DNA of 64,000 nucleotides from Deltaproteobacteria bacterium (GCA_021779095.1 JAJYBI010000015.1:10344-74343), one strand, 5' to 3'; positions 35,925 to 47,235 are shown, counted from the stretch's first letter. Notes: generated by a model from the sequence alone, not told the origin. Numbers and translations: made by a program.

Positions 35925-37547
35925 GTGAAAAATACAAAATCGTCCATATGGCTGTCGGCCCTTGTTACGGGAGGTATCTGTCTTCTCGTCTACGTCAGGG
36001 CGCTATCCTGCAAATTCGTAAATCTAGATGATTTGAATTACGTAGTAAACAACGTCAATATCCGTCACCTCGACATGCACCTGATTGTCTGGGCGTTCAC
36101 CAAGCCGCTTGACCTGTGGATTCCGTTGACGTGGCTTTCGTTTGCACTTGATTACTCCATCTGGGGGCTTGATGCGTATGGATATCATCTGACGAACATT
36201 CTGCTTCACTCCATAAACGCGGGATTGGTCGTTCTCATCGCCGATCAGCTTTGCCGGAAGCTGTTCGCTGAAGGGGAATATTCCCCTGAAACATCGCGCC
36301 TGTATCCTGTGGTGCTGGTTGTTGCGGGGCTTGCTTTCGGCATTCATCCGTTACGCGTGGAATCGGTTGCCTGGGTTGCCGAACGAAAAGATGTCCTGAG
36401 CGGTGTGTTTTCACTGGGCACGTTGTATTTCTATATCAATGCAGTACAGCACGGCGAACCGGCTCGGAAGAGAATGAACCTGATTGTTTCCCTGGCGTTG
36501 TTCACGTTTTCCCTGATGGCCAAACCGGTGAGTGTTGTTCTCCCGGCAATCATGCTGGTCGTGGACTGGTATCCGTTGAAGCGTTTCGTCAAAGGGAATA
36601 TGCACCTCCTGCTTGTGGAAAAGCTGCCGTTCATGCTGCTTTCGTTCGGGACAGCAGTGATAACCATGTCGGTGGCGGTGCATAAGAATATGCTGGTGCC
36701 GATCGATCTGCTGCCGGTCAGTGAACGACTCTTTATCTCCGGCCGGGCGATCTTTGAGTATATGTATCTGTTGCTGTTCCCCGTGGGAATTATCCCCTAT
36801 TACGTAATCCCCGATCCCGTTCCTCTCTCCTACGCCATAAAGACGATGGCCGTTGTTGTCGTTGCAGGTTACTGTGCGTATTCAGCGAGGAAGAGACCGT
36901 GGGTCTTGGCAACCTTTCTGGGATTTATCATTCCAATCCTGCCGGTATTGAGTGTTACGCAGAACGGGGCCCAATCCCTCGCTGCGCGATACACCTATCT
37001 TCCCTCCGTAGCCGCGAGTATCGCACTTGGCGCAGCTCTCTTCCCGCTTTTGCGAAGAATCCGGCTATCATGGCACCGGAGTGGGATGGTGGCGGTGGGA
37101 GGGTGTGTTGTCGTGCTCTTGCTCTCGTATGCGTGGATGACGCAGCGCCTTATCGGTGTTTGGAACGACTCCGTCACCTTCTGGTCGCGGGTGATCGAAC
37201 TGCAGCCGACATATCGGGCTTACAAGGAGCGCGGGGTCAATAATTCGACAAGTGGCAGGTATCCCGAAGCAATCAGAGATCTGACGGTGGCAATCGGGTT
37301 GGCCAGGGAATCGGGGATTCCCGACTTGTATAACCTGTACGCCTGGAGAGGGGAGATGAACCGCGTGACCGGGCATCCCGCGGAGGCCGTTGCCGATCTG
37401 ACCGCGGCCATCGATATCCAGCCCCGTCCCGTCTATTATTATATCCGGGGGGTTGCCTTGCAGTCGCTGGGGAGGACTGCGGAATCCAAGGCGGATCTGA
37501 CACGGGCCGGAAACAATCACGGCCCCATAGACTGGTATGAAGAATGA
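35925..37547 (+). CDS. TMTC-like GT-C glycosyltransferase with C-terminal TPRs
   Basis: NLDD, YHLTNILLH, IHPLRVESVAWVAERKDVL, LMAKP, ARYTYLP; TPR-like tail; more AT-rich. Confidence 0.85.
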   Translation: MKNTKSSIWLSALVTGGICLLVYVRALSCKFVNLDDLNYVVNNVNIRHLDMHLIVWAFTKPLDLWIPLTWLSFALDYSIWGLDAYGYHLTNILLHSINAGLVVLIADQLCRKLFAEGEYSPETSRLYPVVLVVAGLAFGIHPLRVESVAWVAERKDVLSGVFSLGTLYFYINAVQHGEPARKRMNLIVSLALFTFSLMAKPVSVVLPAIMLVVDWYPLKRFVKGNMHLLLVEKLPFMLLSFGTAVITMSVAVHKNMLVPIDLLPVSERLFISGRAIFEYMYLLLFPVGIIPYYVIPDPVPLSYAIKTMAVVVVAGYCAYSARKRPWVLATFLGFIIPILPVLSVTQNGAQSLAARYTYLPSVAASIALGAALFPLLRRIRLSWHRSGMVAVGGCVVVLLLSYAWMTQRLIGVWNDSVTFWSRVIELQPTYRAYKERGVNNSTSGRYPEAIRDLTVAIGLARESGIPDLYNLYAWRGEMNRVTGHPAEAVADLTAAIDIQPRPVYYYIRGVALQSLGRTAESKADLTRAGNNHGPIDWYEE

Positions 37548-37799
37548 CGACCCTGACGGGCTTGCCGTTATAAGCATCCTGCATTGAGATACAGGCGGCC
37601 AGTTTGCCGCCTGTTGTGCCCGCGGCAACTACCGTTTTGCCCGTAAGGCCGTACTTCCGTGCCAGGATCATTATCGTGCGAGCTCACTGCAGCGGTGCAT
37701 GGCGAGTATGGTTAAAAACAAGCATGGTGTGCGGTTGCAAATGGTGTGGCCGGCCGATATGATTCCCCAGTGTGGGATGAATTTCGCGGGGAGGGCGCA

Positions 37800-38237
37800 A
37801 TGGACCAGTACATGGCGGCGGCATTGGAAGAGGCGAAGATCGGGGCGGCGGAAGGGGGCATTCCCATCGGTTCCGTACTGGTCCACAACGGGACGATCAT
37901 CGGCCGTGGGCACAACCGCCGGGTGCAGCGGGGAAGCGCGATCCTGCACGGCGAGATGGACGCACTGGAGAACGCCGGCCGGCAGCCGGCGTCGGTCTAC
38001 CGGGAGAGCGTGCTGTACACCACCCTCTCTCCCTGCGCCATGTGCAGCGGCGCCATCCTTCTGTACGGCATTCCGCGGGTGGTCGTGGGGGAGAACCGGA
38101 CCTTCATGGGGGAGGAGGAGCTGCTGCGGTCGCGCGGGGTGCGGGTGGCGGTGCTGCAGGACGAGGCATGCATCGCGATGATGACCGCATTCATTCGTAC
38201 GCGGCCCGAACTCTGGAACGAGGATATCGGCGTCTGA
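37800..38237 (+). CDS. Cytosine/nucleoside deaminase (CDA/Fcy1-like)
   Basis: GGIPIGSVL, HGEMDALENAG, TTLSPCAMC zinc motif, VVGEN. Confidence 0.92.
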   Translation: MDQYMAAALEEAKIGAAEGGIPIGSVLVHNGTIIGRGHNRRVQRGSAILHGEMDALENAGRQPASVYRESVLYTTLSPCAMCSGAILLYGIPRVVVGENRTFMGEEELLRSRGVRVAVLQDEACIAMMTAFIRTRPELWNEDIGV

Positions 38238-38299
38238 ACCGGCCCGGAATTCGGTTATACTGATACTAGCAGGGATTCCGGCTGCGGAAGGGAGAGAGT

Positions 38300-38497
38300 A
38301 TGCGCAACGTGAAACTGACCATGCCCGAACTGGCGCTCATCGCCGGGACCCGCGCCGCGCTGGGGGCGGGGGTGGCGTTACTTCTGGCCGACCGCCTCTC
38401 CAGCGAGCAGCGGAAGGCGGCCGGCACGGCCCTCGCCGTCGTGGGTGCCATCACCACCGTCCCGCTTCTGCTGGAGGTGCTCGCCAGCCGGGAGTGA
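38300..38497 (+). CDS. Small two-helix membrane hypothetical protein
   Basis: GGGAGAG RBS; 65 aa with two hydrophobic helices (IAGTRAALGAGVALLL; GTALAVVGAITTVP). Confidence 0.7.
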   Translation: MRNVKLTMPELALIAGTRAALGAGVALLLADRLSSEQRKAAGTALAVVGAITTVPLLLEVLASRE

Positions 38498-38713
38498 CCG
38501 GGAAGGCGAACTGCTGCGTGAACTTCAGGCAACGGTGACCCGTGCCGATGTGGGGGATATGGCATGGATGACCATGCGACACCGCAGGCTCCCCCGCAGG
38601 CGAGATGACAAGGCAGTGCAAGGCCGGTTCGGCGAGTCGTTCGACCGGTTCGCCGTGTTACGTACATAAGCGGGACGAGCATCTTCATGCATAGCGAGAA
38701 GGAGGAGATGATC

Positions 38714-39100
38714 ATGGAAAACGATTCCAGCCGGGTACGCAAGGATGCGGCGGTAGATTTCCTGCAGCTTGTCGTGGCGGGGCGGATCGAGGAGGCGTAC
38801 CGGAAATACGTGGAGATGGACGGAACGCACCACAATCCGCACACCCCCGCGGGGTTTCAGGCGCTGAAAGAGGGGATGGTCGCCAGCCACAGCCGGTTTC
38901 CGGACAAACGGATCACCGTCGTGAATGTCCTCGGCGACAACGACCGGGTGGCGGTGCACTCCCGGCTCGTGCTGCGTCCCGGCGAAGGGGAGGTGGCGGT
39001 GGTGCACCTGTTCCGGTTCCGGGGATTCCGGATCGTGGAGATGTGGGATGTGGCACAACAGGTGCCCGTCGATTCGCCGAACGACGCCGGGGCATTCTGA
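38714..39100 (+). CDS. SnoaL/NTF2-like protein
   Basis: HHNPHTPAG, DNDRVAVHS, VHLFRF..IVEMWDV; GGAGGAG RBS. Confidence 0.88.
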   Translation: MENDSSRVRKDAAVDFLQLVVAGRIEEAYRKYVEMDGTHHNPHTPAGFQALKEGMVASHSRFPDKRITVVNVLGDNDRVAVHSRLVLRPGEGEVAVVHLFRFRGFRIVEMWDVAQQVPVDSPNDAGAF

Positions 39101-39178
39101 GCAGGTTCGAGGGAAGCTGTTGAGCTGTTTCTGGAAGTCAAGGGATGCGTGTTGACACCGGAGGCCGGAGGAGTCGGT

Positions 39179-41848
39179 ATGCGTAACGTCGTGTGTCGTG
39201 GATTCTTGCTTGTTCTGTGTATGTTTGTCCTGTTGTCGTTCGCCGCTCCATCGGCGATGGCCGTCGACATCGCCCGTGCCACCCTCGGTAATGGGCTGCG
39301 GGTGATCGTCGTCCGGAATACCCTGGCGCCGGCGGTTGCGGTGCAGCTCAATTACCTGGTCGGGTCCGTCGAGACCCCTCCCGGCTTCCCCGGCATGGCC
39401 CATGCGCAGGAGCATATGATGTTCCGGGGCAGCCCCGGCCTGTCGGCCGACCAGCTTTCGACGATTATCGCCGCCACCGGCGGGGAAGCGAATGCCGACA
39501 CCCAGCAGGTGGTAACCCAGTATGTCGCGACGGTCGCCGCCGAAGACCTGGAAACGGTACTGCGCCTCGAGGCGACCCGGATGCGGGGGGTGCTGGACTC
39601 TCAGGACGCATGGAACGAAGAACGGGGCGCGATAGAGCAGGAGGTCCAGCAGGACCTCTCCAATCCCGAGTATCTCCTGAGTGTCCGCCTCCAGGAAAAG
39701 TTCTTCGCCGGGACCCCGTATGCCCATGACGCCCTCGGTACCATCCCCTCCTTCGACCGTACGACCGCGCAGATGCTGCAGCAGTTTCATCACGACTGGT
39801 ACGCGCCGAACAACGCCATCCTCGTCATCGTCGGCGACGTGGAGCCGGCACAGACGATGAGAACGGTGCGCCGTATTTTCAAAAGGATTCCCTCCCGTCC
39901 CGTACCCGCCCGTCCCGCCGTCGAACTGCAGCCGCTCAAACCGGACTTCGTCGAACTCGACTCGAACCTCCCCTACGGACTTGCGATAGTCGGCTACCGT
40001 TTCCCCGGCTTTGATAGCCCCGATTATGCTGCCGGACAGGTGCTTGGCGATGTGCTGCAGAGCCAACGGGGAGATCTCTATGCGCTCGTTCCGGAAGGGA
40101 AGGCACTTTCCGCCGGCTTCGAAGGGATGGTTTACCCGAAGGGGGGCGCCGGATTTGCAACAGCGGCGTTTCCCGAAGGCGGCGACGGCAAGGCGCTTAT
40201 CGCCAGACTGAAGGAAATCATCGCCGGCTATGTGAAAAACGGCATTCCGGCCGAGCTGGTGACGGCCGCCAAACAACACGAGATCGCCGATGCTGAATTC
40301 CAGAAGGATTCCATCGCCGGCCTGGCGTATTCCTGGTCACAGGCGGTTGCCGTGGAGGGACGGAATTCCCCGGATGACGATATCGAGGCGATCCGTCGGG
40401 TGACCGTCGCGGACGTCGATCGCGTTGCCCGCTCGTACCTGGTCAACGACACGGCGGTTAGCGCGCTCCTCATCCCGCGGCAATCGGGAAAGCCGGTCGC
40501 GTCGAGCGGATTTGCCCGCGGCAAGGAGTCGTTCGTATCGAAGCATCTCAAGCCGGTGAAGCTCCCCTCGTGGGCAGCGAAACTCGTCAAGTCGCTGCCC
40601 GCTACCCCGTCCAAGGCGAAGCCGACCGTCCGCAGGCTCGCAAACGGCCTGCGCCTCATCGTGCTCCCCACGGCGACAAACGCCGCCATCGGGGTGTACG
40701 GCGAAGTGAAGAACAGTCCGTACCTGGAAACTCCGCCGGGCAAGGAGGGGGTCGGCGATATACTGGACGGACTCTTTGCCTATGGCACGAAAAAACTCGA
40801 TCGCCTGGCTTTTCAGAAGGCGCTGGATGATATCGCAGCAGACGAGTCGGCGGGCACAAGTTTTTCACTGAAGGTGCTGAAATCCCATTTCGACCGGGGG
40901 GTGGAACTCCTTGCCGATAACCTGCTCAACCCGGCCCTGCCGGCGGAGGCGTTCAGTGTCGTCCGGTCGGAAACGGCATCAGCGTTGGCCGGAGAGCTGC
41001 AAAGTCCCGGTTGGCTGACGAGCCGGTCGCTCCAGAAGGGGCTGTATCCCACGGGAGATCCGGCATTGCGTCATGCCACTCCCGGGACGGTCGCCGCCCT
41101 GACGCTCGATGACGTCAGGCATTACCACCGTACCGTGTTCCGGCCCGACCTGACGACCATCGTCGTCGTCGGTGCGGTCACTCCGGCGGAAGCAGAGAAG
41201 GTCATCGGGAGATATTTCGGCGCCTGGCGTGCTGCGGGCCCCCGGCCGGTGACGGACCTTCCCCCGGTGCCGCCCAACAGGCCGTCGGCCGCGGTCGTGC
41301 CCGACAGAAGCCGGGTACAGGACGAGGTGACGCTGGCCGAGACCGTCGCCCTTACCAGGAAGAACCGTGACTATTACCCGCTGCAGGTGGGGCTTCACGT
41401 CCTGTCCGGAGGGTTCTACGCCACCAGGCTCTACCGCGATCTGCGGGAGCGGTCCGGGCTGGTATATACCGTCGACGCGTTCCTCCATGCCGGCAAGACC
41501 CGTTCACTGTTCGGCGTCTTCTACGGCTGCGATCCGAAAAACGTGACGAAGGCGCGCACAATGGTCGAACGCAACCTCAAGCGTATGCGCGGCAGGCCGG
41601 TTTCCTCCCGCGAACTGAGCCAGGCCAAGACCATCCTCCTGCGGCAGATGCTGCTGGGCAGGACCAGTGCCGGAAGTATTGCGGGAGAGTACCTCGACCT
41701 GGTGTCGAACGGGCTTCCGCTCGATGAGCCGGTTCGAGCCGCCCGTCGCTACCGTGCGACCACCGCAGAAGAGGTGAAAAAGGCGTTTTCCCGCTGGATT
41801 CGTCCGGCGGGGTTCGTGCAGGTAACGCGGGGTCCCGCCCCCCGGTAA
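39179..41848 (+). CDS. M16 family zinc protease (pitrilysin/PqqL-like), secreted
   Basis: Signal peptide; inverted zinc motif AHAQEHMMFRG; four M16 domains. Confidence 0.92.
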   Translation: MRNVVCRGFLLVLCMFVLLSFAAPSAMAVDIARATLGNGLRVIVVRNTLAPAVAVQLNYLVGSVETPPGFPGMAHAQEHMMFRGSPGLSADQLSTIIAATGGEANADTQQVVTQYVATVAAEDLETVLRLEATRMRGVLDSQDAWNEERGAIEQEVQQDLSNPEYLLSVRLQEKFFAGTPYAHDALGTIPSFDRTTAQMLQQFHHDWYAPNNAILVIVGDVEPAQTMRTVRRIFKRIPSRPVPARPAVELQPLKPDFVELDSNLPYGLAIVGYRFPGFDSPDYAAGQVLGDVLQSQRGDLYALVPEGKALSAGFEGMVYPKGGAGFATAAFPEGGDGKALIARLKEIIAGYVKNGIPAELVTAAKQHEIADAEFQKDSIAGLAYSWSQAVAVEGRNSPDDDIEAIRRVTVADVDRVARSYLVNDTAVSALLIPRQSGKPVASSGFARGKESFVSKHLKPVKLPSWAAKLVKSLPATPSKAKPTVRRLANGLRLIVLPTATNAAIGVYGEVKNSPYLETPPGKEGVGDILDGLFAYGTKKLDRLAFQKALDDIAADESAGTSFSLKVLKSHFDRGVELLADNLLNPALPAEAFSVVRSETASALAGELQSPGWLTSRSLQKGLYPTGDPALRHATPGTVAALTLDDVRHYHRTVFRPDLTTIVVVGAVTPAEAEKVIGRYFGAWRAAGPRPVTDLPPVPPNRPSAAVVPDRSRVQDEVTLAETVALTRKNRDYYPLQVGLHVLSGGFYATRLYRDLRERSGLVYTVDAFLHAGKTRSLFGVFYGCDPKNVTKARTMVERNLKRMRGRPVSSRELSQAKTILLRQMLLGRTSAGSIAGEYLDLVSNGLPLDEPVRAARRYRATTAEEVKKAFSRWIRPAGFVQVTRGPAPR

Positions 41849-41893
41849 GCCTTGCCGCACGGCGCGTGAGCGACCCGGAACGGGAGGAGGGGC

Positions 41894-42241
41894 ATGGACA
41901 TCATCCGGGCATTCGACGTGTACGGTACGCTCATCGATACCCACGGTCTCGTGGCTCGGATCACGGAGTTCGCGGGGAACGGGGCAGCGGAGTTTTCCCG
42001 TATCTGGCGGGACAAGCAGCTGGAATATTCCTTCCGGCGGGGGCTGCTGCAGCACTGCGAGACCTTTGCGGTCTGCACGTGGCAGGCGCTCGACTACAGC
42101 TGCAGCGTCTGCCGGTTACCGCTTCCCACCGGGCAGAAGGAGGAGTTACTGCTCCGGTACCGGACGCTCCCTCCGTTTCCCGACGTACCGGCGGGCCTGG
42201 CGATACTGCAGGGTGGCGGGGCCGGTGCCGTGATCCGCTGA
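41894..42241 (+). pseudogene. 3'-truncated haloacid dehalogenase type II (HAD)
   Basis: AFDVYGTL, WRDKQLEYSF, PFPDV motifs; stops at 115 aa before motifs II-IV, with tgt 23 bp downstream. Confidence 0.75.
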
Positions 42242-42264
42242 ACCGTTGAGAGTGGGGATATCTC

Positions 42265-43371
42265 CTATTTCCCCTTCAGGTATCCCGCCAGGAACTCCCG
42301 CTTGTAGTCGGCGAACCGGTCCTCCTCGATCGCCTGTCGTACGTCCGCCATCATGGTGAGGTAGAACTGCACGTTGTGGATGCTGGCGAGGATCGCGGAG
42401 AGCACCTCGTTGGCGTTGAACAGGTGGTGCAGGTAGGCGCGGGTGAAGTTCGTGCAGGCGTAGCAGCTGCAGGAGGGATCGATGGGATAGAAGTCCCGCC
42501 GGTAGTTCTTGTTGGTGAGTCTGATCCGCCCCCGCCGGGTGAAGAGGGTGGCGCTCCGGGCGTAGCGGGTGGGGATCACGCAGTCGAACATGTCCATCCC
42601 CCGCTCCACGCTCTCCAGGATATCCTCGGGGAGCCCCACCCCCATGAGATAACGTGGTTTGTCCGCCGGGAGGAACGGCGCGGTCATGGCCACCACCTTC
42701 TTCAGCAGTTCCAGCCCCTCCCCCACGGAGACGCCGCCGATGGCGTAGCCGGGAAAGTCCATCGCCACCAGTTCCCGCGCGCACATCTCCCGGAGATCCT
42801 CGAAGACGCTCCCCTGCACGATGCCGAAGAGCGCCTGGTCCTTGCGCGTCTGGGCCTTTTGGCACTGCTCCGCCCAGCGGATGGTCTTTTTCGTGGACTG
42901 GGCGGCGTATTTATGATCGCAGGGGTAGGGGATGCACTCGTCGAACGCCATGATGATGTCGGCACCCAGCGCCTCCTGGATGGCGATCGCCCGGGCCGGG
43001 TCGAGGAACACCTCCTCGCCGGTGATCTCGTGCCTGAACCACGCCCCCTCCTCCGTGATCCGCTTGTTGGGGAGCGAGAAGACCTGGAAACCGCCGGAGT
43101 CGGTGAGGATCGGCTTGTCCCAGCACATGAACCTGTGGAGGCCGCCGGCCTTCTCCACCAGCCCCTCGCCGGGGCGCAGGTGCAGGTGGTAGGTGTTGGA
43201 GAGGATGATCTGGGCGCCGGTCTCGTGTACCTGGGCGGGGGTCATCGCCTTCATGGCGGCGTGGGTCCCCACCGGCATGAAGATGGGGGTCTGGATGATG
43301 CCGTGGGGGGTGGTGAGGGTCCCGCGGCGGGCGCCGGTGGCGCGGTCGGTTTTCAGCAGCTTGAAATCCAT
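42265..43371 (-). CDS. tgt: tRNA-guanine transglycosylase
   Basis: TPIFMPVGT, NTYHL, LTDSGGFQVFSL, FDEC, YLMGVG, DMFDCV, C-x-C-x2-C...H zinc site. Confidence 0.96.
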   Translation of the reverse strand: MDFKLLKTDRATGARRGTLTTPHGIIQTPIFMPVGTHAAMKAMTPAQVHETGAQIILSNTYHLHLRPGEGLVEKAGGLHRFMCWDKPILTDSGGFQVFSLPNKRITEEGAWFRHEITGEEVFLDPARAIAIQEALGADIIMAFDECIPYPCDHKYAAQSTKKTIRWAEQCQKAQTRKDQALFGIVQGSVFEDLREMCARELVAMDFPGYAIGGVSVGEGLELLKKVVAMTAPFLPADKPRYLMGVGLPEDILESVERGMDMFDCVIPTRYARSATLFTRRGRIRLTNKNYRRDFYPIDPSCSCYACTNFTRAYLHHLFNANEVLSAILASIHNVQFYLTMMADVRQAIEEDRFADYKREFLAGYLKGK

Positions 43372-43525
43372 GGGGAATCCGTTCGTTCGGTAGTGATAGA
43401 GTGGCATTATCCTCCATCAGCGGCAGTGAGGTCAAGCGTTGTTCTAACGTCCGGCGCGGATCACGGAAGTCGGCGCGAAGCAGGTGCCCGCCTGAAATTT
43501 CATGTGTACTGTATACATAATTTTG

Positions 43526-43554
43526 TTGATTTTTCGTAAAACGGCGTTTAGTAT
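43526..43554 (+). promoter_or_regulatory. Sigma-70 promoter of the sdhCAB operon
   Basis: TTGATT-N17-TAGTAT, preceded by near-palindrome ATGTGTACTGTATACAT (43502-43518). Confidence 0.55.
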
Positions 43555-43810
43555 GCGGCGTGAAAAATTTTGTCGCGTGCGTGTCGGCCGGCGGCCGGCG
43601 ATATGTTTCATTCCGTTTCATTTCCAGACAGGAGGAAGGTTATGCAGACGATCAGCAGGTCCAGATGGCGAGGTCCACCGGGGAGTACGGTTGCCCGGCC
43701 ACATCGTTCGGGCAGTCCTTCCCGGCAGTTACGCGACGGCGGTTGCCGTCCGACACCGTGAAACGCATCTTCAAGTTCACAACCATCGATACCAGCAAAG
43801 GGATAAAACT

Positions 43811-44476
43811 ATGAGCTTATTTACCAGTACCGTGGGCAGAAAGATCATCATGGCCATCACCGGCCAGCTGATGGTCCTTTTCGTTATCGTTCACCTGCTC
43901 GGCAACTCGTCGATCTTCATCGGCCCCAACGGCATAAACGCCTATGCCGAGCACCTCCACTCTCTCGGGCCGCTGGTCTGGGTCTTCCGGCTGATCATGC
44001 TGGTCCTGGTCTCCCTTCACGGGTGGTTCGGCATCCAGCTGACCCTGGAGAACAAGGCCGCCGCAACGACCACCTACGCGGTCAACAGGAAGCTGAAGGC
44101 CTCCTTCGCCGGCGAAAACATGATCTGGACCGGCCTCATCGTCCTCGCCTTCATCGTCTACCATCTCCTGCACTTCACCGCCCGGGTGACCCCGGACATC
44201 GTGGCCGGTACGGATGCCGCCGGCCGGTACGACGTGTACACCATGGTGGTCTCCAGCTTCCAGCACGGCGCCATCGCCCTGATCTACATCGTTGCCATGA
44301 TCGCCCTGCTCTTGCACCTGTTCCACGGCATCCAAAGTTTCTTCCAGACCATGGGCTGGAACAGCGAGCGGTCGCAGTGCCGCATCACCACCGGCGGCAG
44401 GGTCGTCGCCGCCATCCTGGGGCTCGGCTACATCGCCATTCCCGTATCGATTCTTATCGGCATTCTGAACAAATAG
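43811..44476 (+). CDS. sdhC: Succinate dehydrogenase/fumarate reductase cytochrome b subunit
   Basis: [18 protein letters not shown], heme-ligand His in LHGW, YHLLHF and LHLFHG. Confidence 0.93.
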   Translation: MSLFTSTVGRKIIMAITGQLMVLFVIVHLLGNSSIFIGPNGINAYAEHLHSLGPLVWVFRLIMLVLVSLHGWFGIQLTLENKAAATTTYAVNRKLKASFAGENMIWTGLIVLAFIVYHLLHFTARVTPDIVAGTDAAGRYDVYTMVVSSFQHGAIALIYIVAMIALLLHLFHGIQSFFQTMGWNSERSQCRITTGGRVVAAILGLGYIAIPVSILIGILNK

Positions 44477-44486
44477 GGGGTTCATT

Positions 44487-46402
44487 GTGATACTCGACGG
44501 AAAATGTCCAACCGGACCGATTGAAAAAACCTGGGACAAGCACCGCTTCGACCTGAAGCTGGTGAACCCCGCCAACAAGAGGAAGTACAAGGTCATCGTG
44601 GTCGGCACCGGGCTGGCCGGCGGCGCCGCCGCCGCCAGTCTGGGCGAGCTGGGGTACCAGGTGGAGGCGTTCTGCTACCAGGATTCCCCCCGCCGCGCCC
44701 ACTCCATCGCCGCCCAGGGCGGGATCAACGCCGCCAAGGCGTACCCCAACGACGGCGACTCCATCTACCGCCTCTTCTACGACACCATCAAGGGGGGCGA
44801 CTTCCGCGCCCGCGAGGCGGACGTCTGGCGTCTCGCCCAGGTGTCCAACAACATCATCGACCAGTGCGTGGCCCAGGGCGTGCCGTTCGCCCGCGACTAC
44901 GCCGGCTACCTGGACAACCGCTCCTTCGGCGGCGCCCAGGTAAGCCGTACCTTCTATGCCCGCGGCCAGACGGGCCAGCAGCTCCTGCTCGGCGCCTACT
45001 CGGCCCTGTCCCGCCAGATCAAGGCCGGCACGGTGAAGATGTATCCCCGCCGCGAGATGCTGGACCTGGTCGTCGTCGACGGCGTGGCCAAGGGGATCAC
45101 GGTGCGCAACCTGATCACCGGCGAGCTGGAGTCGTACGCGGCCGACGCGGTCTGCCTCGCCACCGGCGGCTACGTGAACGTCTTCTACCTCTCCACCAAC
45201 GCCATGGGGTGCTCCGTCACCGCCAACTGGAAGGCGTACCGGAAGGGGGCGTTCTTCGCCAACCCCTGCTACACCCAGATCCACCCGACCTGCATCCCGC
45301 AGGCCGGCGACTACCAGTCGAAACTGACCCTCATGTCCGAGTCGCTCCGTAACGACGGCCGCTGCTGGGTCCCCAAGAAGAAGGAAGACCTGGCCAAGCA
45401 TCCGGACCAGATCCCCGAAGAGGACCGGGACTACTACCTGGAGCGCAAATACCCGAGCTTCGGCAACCTGGCTCCCCGCGACATCGCATCCCGCGCCGCC
45501 AAGGAGCAGTGCGACGACGGGCGCGGCGTCGGCCCCGGCGGCCGCGGCGTCTACCTGGATTTCTCCACCTCCATCGGCCGGGTGGGCGAGAACACCATCA
45601 AGGAGCGCTACGGCAACCTGTTCGAGATGTACGAGAAGATTACCGACGAGAACGCCTACAAGCGGCCGATGCGTATCTACCCGGCGCCGCACTACGCCAT
45701 GGGCGGCCTCTGGGTCGACTACAACCTGATGAGCAACATCCCCGGCCTGTTCGTCCTCGGCGAGGCGAACTTCTCGGTGCACGGCGCCAACCGTCTCGGC
45801 GCCTCCGCCCTCATGCAGGGGCTGGCGGACGGCTACTTCGTCATCCCCTACACCATCGGCGGCTATCTCGCCGGCGTGAAGCCGGGCACGGTCGGTACCG
45901 ACAATCCGGAGTTCAAGAAATCGGTGGAGGACGTGGTGTCCTACCGCGACAAGCTCCTCTCCGTCAACGGCAAGAAGACCGTCTCCGAGTTCATGCGTGA
46001 GGTCGGTCACCTCATGTGGGAAAACTGCGGCATGGCCCGCTCCAAGGAGAGCCTCACGGATAACCTCAAGAAGATTCCGGCCCTCAAGGAGGAGTTCTGG
46101 AAGAACGTGAAGGTGACCGGCACCGGCGCCGAGCTGAACCAGGATCTGGAGAACGCCGGCCGCACCGCCGACTTCCTGGAGTTCGCGGAGCTTCTGTGCA
46201 CCGACGCCCTCCACCGCGAGGAGTCGTGCGGCGGCCACTTCCGGGTCGAGCACCAGACCTCCGACGGCGAGGCGATGCGCGACGACGAGAACTTCTGCTA
46301 CGTGGGCGCATGGGAGTTCAAAGGGGACGGCAAGGACCCCGAGCTGCACAAGGAACCGCTCCGGTTCGAGAACGTACATCTTGCAGTAAGGAGTTATAAA
46401 TA

Positions 46403-46403
<1 letters not shown>
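44487..46403 (+). CDS. sdhA: Succinate dehydrogenase/fumarate reductase flavoprotein subunit
   Basis: [49 protein letters not shown]. Confidence 0.97.
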
Positions 46404-47158
<755 letters not shown>

Positions 47159-47206
47159 TCCGTTTCGGTTGCATTGGCGTCGCCCGCGCGGCGGCGAATC
47201 TCCATG

Positions 47207-47235
47207 GGGCGGGTCGCATGACCCGCCCTTTTTTT
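47207..47235 (+). terminator. Intrinsic terminator after sdhB
   Basis: GGGCGGGTC-GCAT-GACCCGCCC followed by T7. Confidence 0.9.

Noticed and set aside
38525-40279. Long antisense ORFs (e.g. 38525-40279, 44454-46433, 24434-26599, 14295-15761, 9255-10613)
   Set aside because: Typical stop-poor shadows opposite well-supported genes in high-GC DNA; no motifs or RBS.
43502-43810. N-terminally extended SdhC, or frameshift fusion of the uORF to sdhC
   Set aside because: The extension is not protein-like, and the SdhC family N-terminus begins at 43811.
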